Assembly: GCA_963823035.1 (NCBI GenBank)
Contig: CAWGKG010000014.1
Location: 636,122 to 700,121 of the forward strand
DNA: 64,000 nt
Reading direction: 5' to 3'
DNA from: an uncultured Gemmatimonadales bacterium
Lineage (GTDB): Bacteria; Gemmatimonadota; Gemmatimonadetes; Longimicrobiales; Gaopeijiaceae
Shown here: positions 19,079-28,663 of the stretch, piece after piece
Numbering within the stretch: position 1 is the stretch's first letter
Layout of the letters: every line of letters begins with the position of its first letter
Notes under the pieces: model-generated
Database searches by the model: none
What the model saw: the letters and a program-made list of their open reading frames with translations, nothing else
What the model was told of the DNA's origin: nothing
Position numbers and translations under genes: made by a program

Positions 19079-22000
19079 ATGGACGCACGGGAGGGCGGCG
19101 CGGCGGAGGGTGGAGGTCGGAGCCTCCCCAGGGCGTTCTGGATCGGGACCGTGGTGGTCGCGATCACGTTGGTGTACCTGGCGAGGGTGCGCCCGAGCTG
19201 GCCGTGGTTCTCGCTCTGGGTCTTCGCGCTCCTCGCCCTGCTGGGCATCCTGTCCCTTCCGGCGGTGCGTCGCGCGCTGAACCTCTCCTGGTTCGGCGTC
19301 ACCCTCCTGGTGCTGACCGGGACGGCATGCTTCGATCTCTACCTCTTCCAGGTGGAGGCCCACCGCCAGCGGAGTGAGCGGCTGGAGGTCCGGGGTGTGT
19401 ACTTCGCGCCCGAGACCGAGCCCATCCGGGTCGGCGTGGGCCGACGCGACCTGGACGTGCGGCTCGAGGGCGCGCTCACGGACTTCGATCGCTGGTCGGT
19501 CGACGTGCGCCGGCTCGATGCCACCCGCTTCGTGGTCGTCCGCCCCTATCAGGTGGACATGCTGCGCGTGCGCGCCCCCTCGGGCTGGTGGCCGCCGCGC
19601 GCCGCCGGCACGGTGCCCGCATTGGGCGCGCGCCTCGGCGGAGGCACGCCACCCGTCCCGACGGGAGGGGAGGGCGAGGCGGGCCTCGAGCTCCGGCTCG
19701 TCCCGCAAGGGCTGCGCGGCGCCCTCGCGTGGGGCCCGGGCACCGCCGATCTGTCGGTGGCCGACCCCCTCCTCGACCGGAGGCTGTCCAGCGGCCTGTC
19801 CCGCGGGATCCCTCTGGCGGAGCTGGATTGGGACACGCTTCCCGACCCTGAGCGGGCCGCGGACCTGGTGCTCACCCGCACCGGCCGTGGACGCTCGCTC
19901 GGACGGCTGCGCCTGAGGCTTCCCTCGTACCGTATCGTGTCGCGGGCGGATGGCGACGCCTGGGCCGAGGGAACGGGCGCGGTGCTCTCCCCCGGGGACA
20001 CCCTGTGGGTCACCTCGCGCGGGAAGACCTGGGCGTTCGGCGTCGACCTCGTTCCCGGCGTGTCCCGGGTGGCCGCCCCGGTGGCGATCACCTTCGTGCG
20101 CCGGCCGCGACCCTCGGGGTGGGCACTCCCGTCCACCGAGGCGTGCGGAAGCACCGCCGACCGCTGTGCCGTGATCTCGACCCGCCCGCTGCCACCGCCT
20201 CAGCCGCACTTCGACCTGAGCGGCTTCGGCCTCGACACCGCCCGCTACGCCGTGCTCGCGCGCCTGGAGTCGAACGGTAGCGGTGTGCGCATCGTGGGCG
20301 CCCACACGGCGGCCACCATCCCCTACGGCACGGTCCATCCGTTGCCGGCGCTCACGCAGGGCGGCCGCGCTCCGGACGCCGGCATCCTCCTCGCGGTGAG
20401 CCGTGAGGACCAGGGCCGGCAGAGCGCCGTCCTCCTCACCGTGCTCACGCTCTACCTCATGGTGATCGGGGCTCTCGTCGTGCTCTCGGGAGATCTCCGG
20501 CTCTGGGAGCGACGCAAGGAGGAGGCTTCGCCGCACGTGACCGCGGCGTGGGCGTTCCTCAACGTCTTCTTCCTCTTCCTGGGCATCCGCCTCGCCCTCG
20601 GGCTGCGGGTGGCCTACACCCCGCCCTTCTACGAGCGCGCGGCGGCGACGGCGGTCGGGCTGTGGGTCACCTTCGCGGTCATGCTCGTCGCCCTGGGCCG
20701 GTGGTCCGCGTGGGCGCCGCGCTTCTGGCGGTTGGTGGGCCGCGTGGAGCGTCCGCTCTCCGGGCTCTTCCTCCCTCGCCTGCGCGGCCCGGCGCCCGGC
20801 GCCGGTGGCTCCGGTCCCGCTCCGGCCGGCGTCGACCCGCCATCGACGGAGCCGGTCGTCGACGCAGCCACCCGGAAACGGGCCCGGCTGCGCACGTTCG
20901 CGGGGCTCGTCCTCTTCCTGGCGTCGTTGGGCGTCGTGCTCTGGCAGCGCCCCGAGGCCGCGTCGGGGCTGGTCGTCGCGGTCGTGGGCCTCGGCGCCTG
21001 GCTGGCGATGGGGATCGCCCGCGCCGGATCCGTGACCTCCATGGATCGCGCGCCCATGGACGTCGTGACGGACCACCCCCAAGCGGGGCGGGCCTCCGCA
21101 TCCTACGCGGTCGCCGCCGGCGCGGCCGCCGTGCTCGCCCTGGCGATCCACGCGCCGGAGCTGGCCCTCGCGCCCGTTCTCGCCCTCCTTGCGCTCTTCG
21201 CGGTCAACCTGCTGGCGGGCTGGACCGGATGGGCCGAGACGCCCCTTCGGCGCGCGTGGATCCTCTTCGTCGCGACGCTGGCCATGGCTGCCGTCGGCGC
21301 GTACGCGTTCTCTCCCTGGCCGCTGTGGACGCTCGGCTCGCTGGGCGTCGTCGCCGCGGGGCTGGCTCTGTGGCTCTCGGGACGTCGCGAGGGCGCGGAG
21401 CGCAGGATCGTGCTCCGCTATCGAGATCTGACGGAATTCGGCCGCGGCGTGTTCTCGGGCGTGGGGTGGATCGGCGTGCTGGGGGTGCTGGGCGTCCTCG
21501 TCTTCCTGGACACCCGGGAGATCCCCCCCTTCGTGCGCTTCGCGTTGGTGTTCATGCTCTTCCTCCTGGCCATCCGCGCCGGGCTGGCGTGCCACCGCGT
21601 CCTCGAGAGCACGGCGGAGGGTGCGCGCGTGAAGGGCCGGATCGAGGCCCTCGGCCTGCTGGTGATTCCCCTGGGCGTGCTGCTCGTGTTCATGCTCTTC
21701 GACTTCGGGCTCGGGCTCGTCTTCTTCGCGCCCATGTTCGTCACCGTGCTGCTGGCGGCGCGCATCGACCGGCTCCCGGCCTCCCTCGCACTGGCGTCGC
21801 TCGCCCTGGTGGCAGGCGTGGGCGCCGTGGCGTGGTCGGTGCTGGAACCATCGCTGAGCGCCCTGCGCTCCGCCCCCGACATCCCGACCTTCTCGCGGGA
21901 ATACCAGGATGTCGGCAACCCGCTCATCGACGGCCTGCGCGTGGCGGGGCTCTCGGGCCCGATCACGCGCGCGACGGTGCGCAGCATGGCCGCGTCGGAT

Positions 22001-22549
22001 CCGGAGCTCCTCGAGGAGGCGCTGGCCTTCGCCGCCCCGAGCGAGGCCCTCTTCGCCGCCGCGCCGTCCCGCGAGCAGGTGTGGGGCGGCCGCGCCTACG
22101 CCGCGTCCGGATGGACCGGTACGGGCTTCGCGGGCACCACGCTCCTCGGCCGGGGGGTACCTACGGCGGTCTCCTACGCGGAGAACACCTTCTCGGTGTA
22201 CGTCCTCTCGGAGCACGGCGCGCTCGGCGGGCTGGCGGTGCTGGCGACCTACCTCGCGCTCCTCGTCGTCGTGGGCGTGTGGGTCTTCCGGGTGAGGACG
22301 ACCGTGCAAGATGCGGCGGCCGGGAGGGCGGTCCTCGCCATGACGGTCGGTGGCGTGCTCTGGCTCACGATCCCCGCGGCCTACGTGGCCGCGTCGAATC
22401 TGGGGCTGGTGCCGCTCACCGGTCAGAACATGCCCTTCCTCGGCCTGAACTCGTGGGCCGACGTGGTGCTCGTGAGCGGGCTGGCCACGGGCATCGTGCT
22501 CGCGCTCGCCACGCTGGACGCGCCGACGTCGGAAGGGAGGGCCTCATGA
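19079..22549 (+). CDS. Giant FtsW/RodA/SpoVE (SEDS) family membrane protein with large N-terminal extramembrane domain
   Basis: C-terminal SEDS motifs: LFDFGLGLV (cf. QPDLGT), AYAASGWTGTG, SEHG, NLGLVPLTGQNMPFLG; many TM segments; 1156 aa. Confidence 0.8.
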   Translation: MDAREGGAAEGGGRSLPRAFWIGTVVVAITLVYLARVRPSWPWFSLWVFALLALLGILSLPAVRRALNLSWFGVTLLVLTGTACFDLYLFQVEAHRQRSERLEVRGVYFAPETEPIRVGVGRRDLDVRLEGALTDFDRWSVDVRRLDATRFVVVRPYQVDMLRVRAPSGWWPPRAAGTVPALGARLGGGTPPVPTGGEGEAGLELRLVPQGLRGALAWGPGTADLSVADPLLDRRLSSGLSRGIPLAELDWDTLPDPERAADLVLTRTGRGRSLGRLRLRLPSYRIVSRADGDAWAEGTGAVLSPGDTLWVTSRGKTWAFGVDLVPGVSRVAAPVAITFVRRPRPSGWALPSTEACGSTADRCAVISTRPLPPPQPHFDLSGFGLDTARYAVLARLESNGSGVRIVGAHTAATIPYGTVHPLPALTQGGRAPDAGILLAVSREDQGRQSAVLLTVLTLYLMVIGALVVLSGDLRLWERRKEEASPHVTAAWAFLNVFFLFLGIRLALGLRVAYTPPFYERAAATAVGLWVTFAVMLVALGRWSAWAPRFWRLVGRVERPLSGLFLPRLRGPAPGAGGSGPAPAGVDPPSTEPVVDAATRKRARLRTFAGLVLFLASLGVVLWQRPEAASGLVVAVVGLGAWLAMGIARAGSVTSMDRAPMDVVTDHPQAGRASASYAVAAGAAAVLALAIHAPELALAPVLALLALFAVNLLAGWTGWAETPLRRAWILFVATLAMAAVGAYAFSPWPLWTLGSLGVVAAGLALWLSGRREGAERRIVLRYRDLTEFGRGVFSGVGWIGVLGVLGVLVFLDTREIPPFVRFALVFMLFLLAIRAGLACHRVLESTAEGARVKGRIEALGLLVIPLGVLLVFMLFDFGLGLVFFAPMFVTVLLAARIDRLPASLALASLALVAGVGAVAWSVLEPSLSALRSAPDIPTFSREYQDVGNPLIDGLRVAGLSGPITRATVRSMAASDPELLEEALAFAAPSEALFAAAPSREQVWGGRAYAASGWTGTGFAGTTLLGRGVPTAVSYAENTFSVYVLSEHGALGGLAVLATYLALLVVVGVWVFRVRTTVQDAAAGRAVLAMTVGGVLWLTIPAAYVAASNLGLVPLTGQNMPFLGLNSWADVVLVSGLATGIVLALATLDAPTSEGRAS

Positions 22550-24864
22550 AGCGCCTCGGTGGAGGTCTCGTCTGGATCGTGGGGTCACTGCTCGTCCTCA
22601 CCGCGGTGGGACTCGGAGCCGTCGCCCTGGACACCGTCCGCGCTTCCGGCGACGCCGCGATGCGGCCAGGGCTCGACTACCATGTCTTCCTCTCCTCCCT
22701 CGACGACCTCCTGCGTGAGGCCGGGGACACCACCCTCGTGCGCTTCGAGGTCGTGAAGGAGCGCCTACCGGACGGAACACGCGTCTCGTGGGATACGCTC
22801 GTGGTCGTGGCCGACACGGTCGCCTTCCCCTCCTTCCGGCCCGCCGGGTTCCTGAGGGACCAGGCGGACGCCTACAACGCCTTCCAACGGGAGCGGATCG
22901 CCATCGCGCGCGAGCGGCCCGACTGGTTCTACCGTCTCGAGCCGCACAACCCGTCCGTCTTCCGATCCCGACGAACGGGCGACGACGTGCCCGGGCTCAC
23001 GCGATCGAGCGCCGCATGGAGCCTCCGCGTCCGGTCCCCCGCGGAGGAGGAATGGAACGGGGAGATCCGGGCCCGAGACGTGCATCGGGGCAACGGGCTC
23101 ATGGGGCCCAAAGGCACCATCCCACTCCGCCGACCCGTGCGCCTCACCCGGCGCGTCGACGGACGCCGTCAGGTCTGCGAGTTCTCCCCCGACGGGCTGG
23201 ACGTGCGGGCCTACTGCCGTTCGGAGGAGCGCATCCCGCAGGCGATCCTGCGCATGGCCGCCGAGCCCGACCGCGATGGTTCGGTGCTGGCGGGATGGAG
23301 CGACCTGTGGGTGGACGGAGCCCGCGTGTCGTCGGGCGATTCGGTGCCGCTGTCGTTCGGGTCCGTGCTGGGGATCGATCCGTTGGAGCCGGTCGTGTAC
23401 GGGGAGTTCTGGGAAGGCGTCCTCTCGAGCAAGCAGTGGATCAGCGGACGCATGCGCCGGCGCAGCGCGTTCGCACCGCCCCTCGACCTGTTCTCGGAGC
23501 TCGGGAACCGACCGGCGGGCACCGGACCGCGGCCATCGAGCACGGCCTCGGTCCAGCTCGGCGTGGACGCGGCCGCCAGCGAGGACCTGACCGAACGGCT
23601 GGGCGCCTACCTGGACGGGCTGCCCCTCCCGGTGGACTTCGCCGTCCTGGTCGTGGGACGCATCCCGGACGGGGAGATCCTCGCACTCGCGGAGGTCGGC
23701 AACCGAAGGAGTCCCGGGCGGAGCAACCTCCTGGAGCGCGTCACGCCCGGTTCCGCGGTCAAGCCGCTCCTGGCCGCAGCGGTGCTGAGCCGCCGTCCGG
23801 AGCTCGCGACCCTGGAGATCCCCGCTCGAAGGGGAAGCGTGCGCAGCGTGCTGGGGCTCCCGCCCGTGCCGGCGCGCAGGGCGTTCGACACGGAACTCAA
23901 CTGCGCGCCGCCCGCCGACGGATGGGTGAACCTGACCTACTTCCTCCGATGCTCGAACAACGAGTACGCCGCATCCCTGATCGTGGCGGGGCTGTGGGGG
24001 GGCGATCGGCTCCAGGCTTCGTCGACGGGGGGTCGGTTCCGCCTCGGCGGGCGTGAGCGGACCGGCCTACGTCCCGACCTCCCGCTCGACGGCGGCGAGG
24101 TCCCGCGGTCCGCGCTCCTACGCAGCGACCTCTCCGAGGGGCTGAGCGATCTCTTCGACGTGGCCACCGACCCGACCATCTCGGACGAGGTCGGCCGGAG
24201 CCCGCGCGTCTGGGCCGGCATGACGTACTCCGACGGCACGCCGCTCGACGTGCCCTACGAGCTCCTCCCCACGGAGTCCCGCCCCGCACTGCTGTCCCCC
24301 TCGCATCCTCGCGGAACGGACCTCGGCCTTCTCTACCGGTACGCGTTCGGGGCGTGGGAGAACGGGTGGAGCATCCTCGATCTCACGAACGGATTCGCCA
24401 GGGTGGTGACGGACCAACGCATCCAGCTCGGCTTCGCGCGGGCGAGGGGCGAGGAGGCGGACTCCACGGAGCTCGACCCCATGGGTTTGCGCGGCCAGGA
24501 CTGGTACCGCCCCTTCCTGCAGGGGCTGCGGGGCGTCGCTGTGGACGGCACCGCGCGCGGCCTCGCCGATGCCTGGGGCGACGAGGGCCTCCCGCACGGC
24601 CTCTTCGTCAAGACGGGAACGCTCGCCGAGCCCGGCGAGACGGGGCGCGCGGACGACCTCTACCTCAAGTCGCTCCTCTTCGCCGTGGGCGAGGAGGCCG
24701 ACCCGCGGGACGGTCGGCTCCGCTGCGGGCTGGTGGGTGGCCTCTACGTGCGCTTCCGGGAAGGACCCGCCCGGGGCAGCCTCCCGTCCTACCAGGTGGA
24801 CTTCGCGCGCCGGGAGCTGGGCGCCTGGCTGAAGGCGCACTGGGAGGAATTCGGGGGGTGCTGA
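22546..24864 (+). CDS. Penicillin-binding-protein-like transpeptidase with N-terminal TM anchor
   Basis: ATGA overlap with the SEDS stop and RBS GGGAGG; TPGSAVKP (SxxK), CSNNEY (SxN), VKTGT (KTG); 772 aa. Confidence 0.8.
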   Translation: MKRLGGGLVWIVGSLLVLTAVGLGAVALDTVRASGDAAMRPGLDYHVFLSSLDDLLREAGDTTLVRFEVVKERLPDGTRVSWDTLVVVADTVAFPSFRPAGFLRDQADAYNAFQRERIAIARERPDWFYRLEPHNPSVFRSRRTGDDVPGLTRSSAAWSLRVRSPAEEEWNGEIRARDVHRGNGLMGPKGTIPLRRPVRLTRRVDGRRQVCEFSPDGLDVRAYCRSEERIPQAILRMAAEPDRDGSVLAGWSDLWVDGARVSSGDSVPLSFGSVLGIDPLEPVVYGEFWEGVLSSKQWISGRMRRRSAFAPPLDLFSELGNRPAGTGPRPSSTASVQLGVDAAASEDLTERLGAYLDGLPLPVDFAVLVVGRIPDGEILALAEVGNRRSPGRSNLLERVTPGSAVKPLLAAAVLSRRPELATLEIPARRGSVRSVLGLPPVPARRAFDTELNCAPPADGWVNLTYFLRCSNNEYAASLIVAGLWGGDRLQASSTGGRFRLGGRERTGLRPDLPLDGGEVPRSALLRSDLSEGLSDLFDVATDPTISDEVGRSPRVWAGMTYSDGTPLDVPYELLPTESRPALLSPSHPRGTDLGLLYRYAFGAWENGWSILDLTNGFARVVTDQRIQLGFARARGEEADSTELDPMGLRGQDWYRPFLQGLRGVAVDGTARGLADAWGDEGLPHGLFVKTGTLAEPGETGRADDLYLKSLLFAVGEEADPRDGRLRCGLVGGLYVRFREGPARGSLPSYQVDFARRELGAWLKAHWEEFGGC

Positions 24865-24936
24865 GGGCCGGGTCGGCCTCCTGGGCCCAGGGTGCGGACC
24901 CACGTGTCGCGCCCTCGACCGTGCGCGCGCCCGACC

Positions 24937-27900
24937 TCAGCGCTCCTCCAACGCCTTCCTCACGCTCTCCGCGAGGGCGTTGGTGGTGAACGGCTTCCGG
25001 ATGAAGTGGATCCCCTCCGTCAGGATTCCCTGATTCGCGATGACATCGGCCGTGTATCCGGACATATAGAGGCACTTCACGGCGGGAATCACGGCGCCGA
25101 TCTGCTCGGCCAACCTCCGGCCGTTCATCTCCGGCATCACGACGTCGGTGACCAGGAGGTCGATCTCTCCGGAGTGCCGCTCGGAGAGGAGAAGTGCCTC
25201 CCGCGGAGTGCCGGCCGCAAGGACCCTGTAGCCCAGCCTCTCCAGCATGATCCTGACCAGCCTGAGAATCGCTGCCTCGTCCTCGACCAGGAGCACGGTC
25301 TCGCCACGACCGCTCGGGCGGCTCTCACCCAGGGACCCGGGATCGTCCTCCACCTGGCCATGGTGTCGCGGCAGGTACACGCTGAACGTCGCTCCCTCTC
25401 CGACCTTGCTGTGCACGCCGACGAAGCCGCCGTTCTGCTGCACGACGCCATAGACGGTGGCCAACCCCAGACCCGTGCCCCGGCCCAGCTCCTTCGTGGT
25501 GAAGAACGGCTCGAAGATCTGCTCGCGGATCCCTTCTTCCATCCCATGTCCGTCGTCCGTGATCGCCCACATCACCCAGTCACCGACCCGACGCTCCGGA
25601 TGGCCGGCACACGCCGACGCGTCGAAGGTGACGTTCCTGGTCTCGAGCGTGACGGTGCCCACGTCGGCGATGGCGTCCCTGGCATTCACGCCCAGGTTCG
25701 CGAGAACCTGGTCGATCTGGCTGCCATCGACCCACACCGGCCACAGGTCGTCGCCCGGCCTCCACACCAGGCTGATGTTCTCGCCCAGGAGCGTACCGAG
25801 CATCTTGAGCATGCCCGTGGTCGTGTCGTTGAGGTCCAGCACCCGGGGGACCACGGTCTGCATGCGGGCGAACGCCAGGAGCTGTCGCGTCAGGTCGGCG
25901 GAGCGCCGGCCCGCCTGCTGGATCTCCTCGAGATCGGCGTAGATGTCGTCCGAAGGATCCAGCGCGTCCAGCGCGAACTCGGTGCGCGCGAGGATCACGC
26001 TCAGCATGTTGTTGAAGTCGTGGGCCACGCCTCCCGCCAACCTGCCCACGGACTCCAGCTTCTGAGCCTGGTGGAACTGTTCCTGGAGCTTCTCCTGCTC
26101 CTCCTCGCGGCGCTTTCGTTCGGTGATGTCCGTGTGTTGGATGATGACGCGGCTCAACGCCCCGTCCGCGTCGAAGATCGGATAGGCCCAGTTGTAGAAC
26201 CAGACCTTCTTGCGCTCCTTCACCTCGATGCCCTGCGATTCGGCCGCCACGCCGATGTCGAAGTGGATCTCCCACTCGTCCGTCTTCCCCTCGCGGAACA
26301 CCCTCTCCAGGTGGGGAGTGACGCCGCCCCGTCTGAGGGCCTCGTCCCGGAAGATGTTGTAGACCTTGCCCTCGATGTGCTCCGGCTCGACCCCGAAGAT
26401 CTCGCTGAGCTTCGGGTTGATCCGCTCGCACCAACCATCCTTGTCCAGGATCTGTGTGCTCACGGAGGACTGGGCGAACATCTGTTCGAAGAAGATGTCC
26501 TGCCGGCGGAGTTCCTCCTCCGCCTGCTTCCCCTGCGTGATGTCTCGAACGGTGGCGATGGCGCCGATGACCCCACCTTCCGCGTCCCGGAGCGGGGCGA
26601 TCGAAGCCGAAGTCCACCCGGAGTGGCCCGGAGCGCGCAGGGGAATCCGAGCTTCGATGGCGTCCGTGGCGTGGCCGTCGAGGGCCCGGCCGAGAAGCGC
26701 CAGCATTCCGCTCTCCTCCAAGAAGGGAAAGACCTCCGTCGGATGCCGACCCAGGACCGCGGAAGCCGGAACTCCGGTCAACCTCTCCATGAAGGGGTTC
26801 CAGATCCGATGGCGGAGGGACTGGTCCAGCACGATGATGCCTTCCTGCGTGCTCTCGATCACCCCCTGCAGGAGCTGGTGCTGTTCGCGGAGGGCTCGCC
26901 GGGCGTCGATGCGCGCCGTGATGTCCTGGATGGTCCCGACCATCTGCCGGACCTCGCCGTCCGCATCGACCACCAACTCCCCGAGGCCATGGACCCAACG
27001 CTCTTCCCCGTCGTTGGCCCTGAGGATCCGATACTCCTTGTCGAAGGCGTTCCTCTCGGCCAGGACGTGGGATCGCAGGTAGGCGCGCAACTCCTCACGC
27101 TGGTCCGGGTGGACGATCCGCGCCCATCCCTCGATGTCCCTGGAGTACGGCACGCCGGCGATTCCGAGGACGTGGTCCAACTCCTCGGAGCCGGTCCAGG
27201 TCCCCGTCCCGACGTCCAGGACGAAGGATCCCATGTGCGCGACCTGCTGGGAGAACCTGAGCTGGTCGGTGCGCGCCGCGAGGGCCTGTTCCGCCCGTTT
27301 GCGGGCGGTGACGTCGGTGAGGAAACCGTCCCAGAGAACCCCCCCATCCGGCAGAGCCGTGGGGGTGGACCGGGCCTCGATCCAGAGGGTCTCCCCGTCT
27401 CTCAGCCAACGGCTCTCGACGTGGTACGTCTCCATCGCGGCCGCCGACCGCAGGACACCGTCACGAAAGGACTGCTCGTCCTCGGGGTGGATCATCCGCA
27501 GGAGGACCGACGCATCCTCCTTGATCTCGCTGGGCCGAACCCCGGCGAGCTCCAGGACCTGATCGGTGATGTCGGGAAAGGTGAACGACCCGTCGGGGCC
27601 CATCCGGAACTGGAAGAAGACCGCCGGTGCGTTCTTCGTCAGACGCTCGTAGCGGGCATCGCTCGCCTGCAGCGCGTCGGTCCTCTCCGCCAGAAGCGCC
27701 TCCGTCCACCGGAGGTCGCGCACCCTCCTGGCCCGAGCCACCGTCTCCATCAGACGGTGGCCCTCGAAGGGCTTGACCAGGTGTGCCGCCGCCCCCTCCC
27801 CCATCCATTTCACGACCCGTGCCGGGGTCGCCTCCGTCGTCGTCACGAGGCAGAGGCAGCGGGGCTGTAGCCCGCGTAGCCCGGTCAGGAGGGTCGGGCT

Positions 27901-28497
27901 GTCGCCGTCGGCGAGGTGACCGTCCACGACGGCCAGATCGAAGGCGTCGGCGCGCAAGCGCTCCGTGGCCGCCCCGGCGGAGCGTACCGCATCGACGTGA
28001 TACCCATGCTTCACCAGGGTCGCGGACATGGAGTCCACCAGGCGTTCGTCGTCCGAGACGATGAGCGCACGGAGCCGGGGGCGACGCCGCTCCCCGGCGA
28101 GAAGCTCCCGAACCCGCGCGAGAAAGCCCTCCCTCTCCATCGAAGCCGGGAGCACCGCGTCGGCCCCGAGGTCCTCGGTGACGCGACCGAGCCCGTCGTC
28201 CGCGAGGGCTCTGGAGATCACGACGATGCGGCACGTCTCGAAGGCCGCGAAATCCTCGGAGCGCAGGAGTTGGCAAAGCTGCCAGCCGTCGATGTCCGGG
28301 AGGTCGAGATCGGTGAGGATGAGGTCGGGAGGCGTCCGTCCCCACATGGCCTCGAGGGCTTCCAACGCCCCATGGAAGACCCGAACGCTCAGCCCGGCCT
28401 CCTCCAGCCAGCCTGCGAGGGTCGCGCCCCGCGTGGCGTCGCGTTGGACGATGGCGGCCGTGGCCAGAGGTCCAGAACCGCCCTGCATCCCACCCAT
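24937..28497 (-). CDS. Hybrid sensor histidine kinase (REC-REC-4xPAS-HisKA-HATPase-REC)
   Basis: RBS GAGGAG before ATG 28497; [12 protein letters not shown]-box, [20 protein letters not shown]; four PAS/PAC ends (TDVT, QDIT, RDIT, TDIT); C-terminal receiver. Confidence 0.93.
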   Translation of the reverse strand: MGGMQGGSGPLATAAIVQRDATRGATLAGWLEEAGLSVRVFHGALEALEAMWGRTPPDLILTDLDLPDIDGWQLCQLLRSEDFAAFETCRIVVISRALADDGLGRVTEDLGADAVLPASMEREGFLARVRELLAGERRRPRLRALIVSDDERLVDSMSATLVKHGYHVDAVRSAGAATERLRADAFDLAVVDGHLADGDSPTLLTGLRGLQPRCLCLVTTTEATPARVVKWMGEGAAAHLVKPFEGHRLMETVARARRVRDLRWTEALLAERTDALQASDARYERLTKNAPAVFFQFRMGPDGSFTFPDITDQVLELAGVRPSEIKEDASVLLRMIHPEDEQSFRDGVLRSAAAMETYHVESRWLRDGETLWIEARSTPTALPDGGVLWDGFLTDVTARKRAEQALAARTDQLRFSQQVAHMGSFVLDVGTGTWTGSEELDHVLGIAGVPYSRDIEGWARIVHPDQREELRAYLRSHVLAERNAFDKEYRILRANDGEERWVHGLGELVVDADGEVRQMVGTIQDITARIDARRALREQHQLLQGVIESTQEGIIVLDQSLRHRIWNPFMERLTGVPASAVLGRHPTEVFPFLEESGMLALLGRALDGHATDAIEARIPLRAPGHSGWTSASIAPLRDAEGGVIGAIATVRDITQGKQAEEELRRQDIFFEQMFAQSSVSTQILDKDGWCERINPKLSEIFGVEPEHIEGKVYNIFRDEALRRGGVTPHLERVFREGKTDEWEIHFDIGVAAESQGIEVKERKKVWFYNWAYPIFDADGALSRVIIQHTDITERKRREEEQEKLQEQFHQAQKLESVGRLAGGVAHDFNNMLSVILARTEFALDALDPSDDIYADLEEIQQAGRRSADLTRQLLAFARMQTVVPRVLDLNDTTTGMLKMLGTLLGENISLVWRPGDDLWPVWVDGSQIDQVLANLGVNARDAIADVGTVTLETRNVTFDASACAGHPERRVGDWVMWAITDDGHGMEEGIREQIFEPFFTTKELGRGTGLGLATVYGVVQQNGGFVGVHSKVGEGATFSVYLPRHHGQVEDDPGSLGESRPSGRGETVLLVEDEAAILRLVRIMLERLGYRVLAAGTPREALLLSERHSGEIDLLVTDVVMPEMNGRRLAEQIGAVIPAVKCLYMSGYTADVIANQGILTEGIHFIRKPFTTNALAESVRKALEER

Positions 28498-28663
28498 GGT
28501 CGGTCTCCTCACTCCGGCTCCGCTCGGAAGCCTGAAGGTACCCGCGCCCGCTACCGCCGTGCAACCGCCCGGAAGGGCGGGCATTCGACGGACCCAGGTG
28601 GCCATGATAGAGTCCATGGACGGTACCGGTACCGTCCGGGTCACACCCCCCAAGGCTGCGCTG

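Noticed and set aside
18968..22309. Very long alternative-frame ORFs (e.g. 1113 aa here; 13734-16577; 24892-27870; most of 31029-34643)
   Set aside because: These are shadow ORFs of real genes, expected in high-GC DNA. They are Arg/Pro/Gly-rich or antisense and lack motifs.
20548..22545. 1438-aa ORF implying a long N-terminal extension of the PBP
   Set aside because: The upstream part is an off-frame read of the SEDS gene. The RBS and ATGA overlap support a start at 22546.
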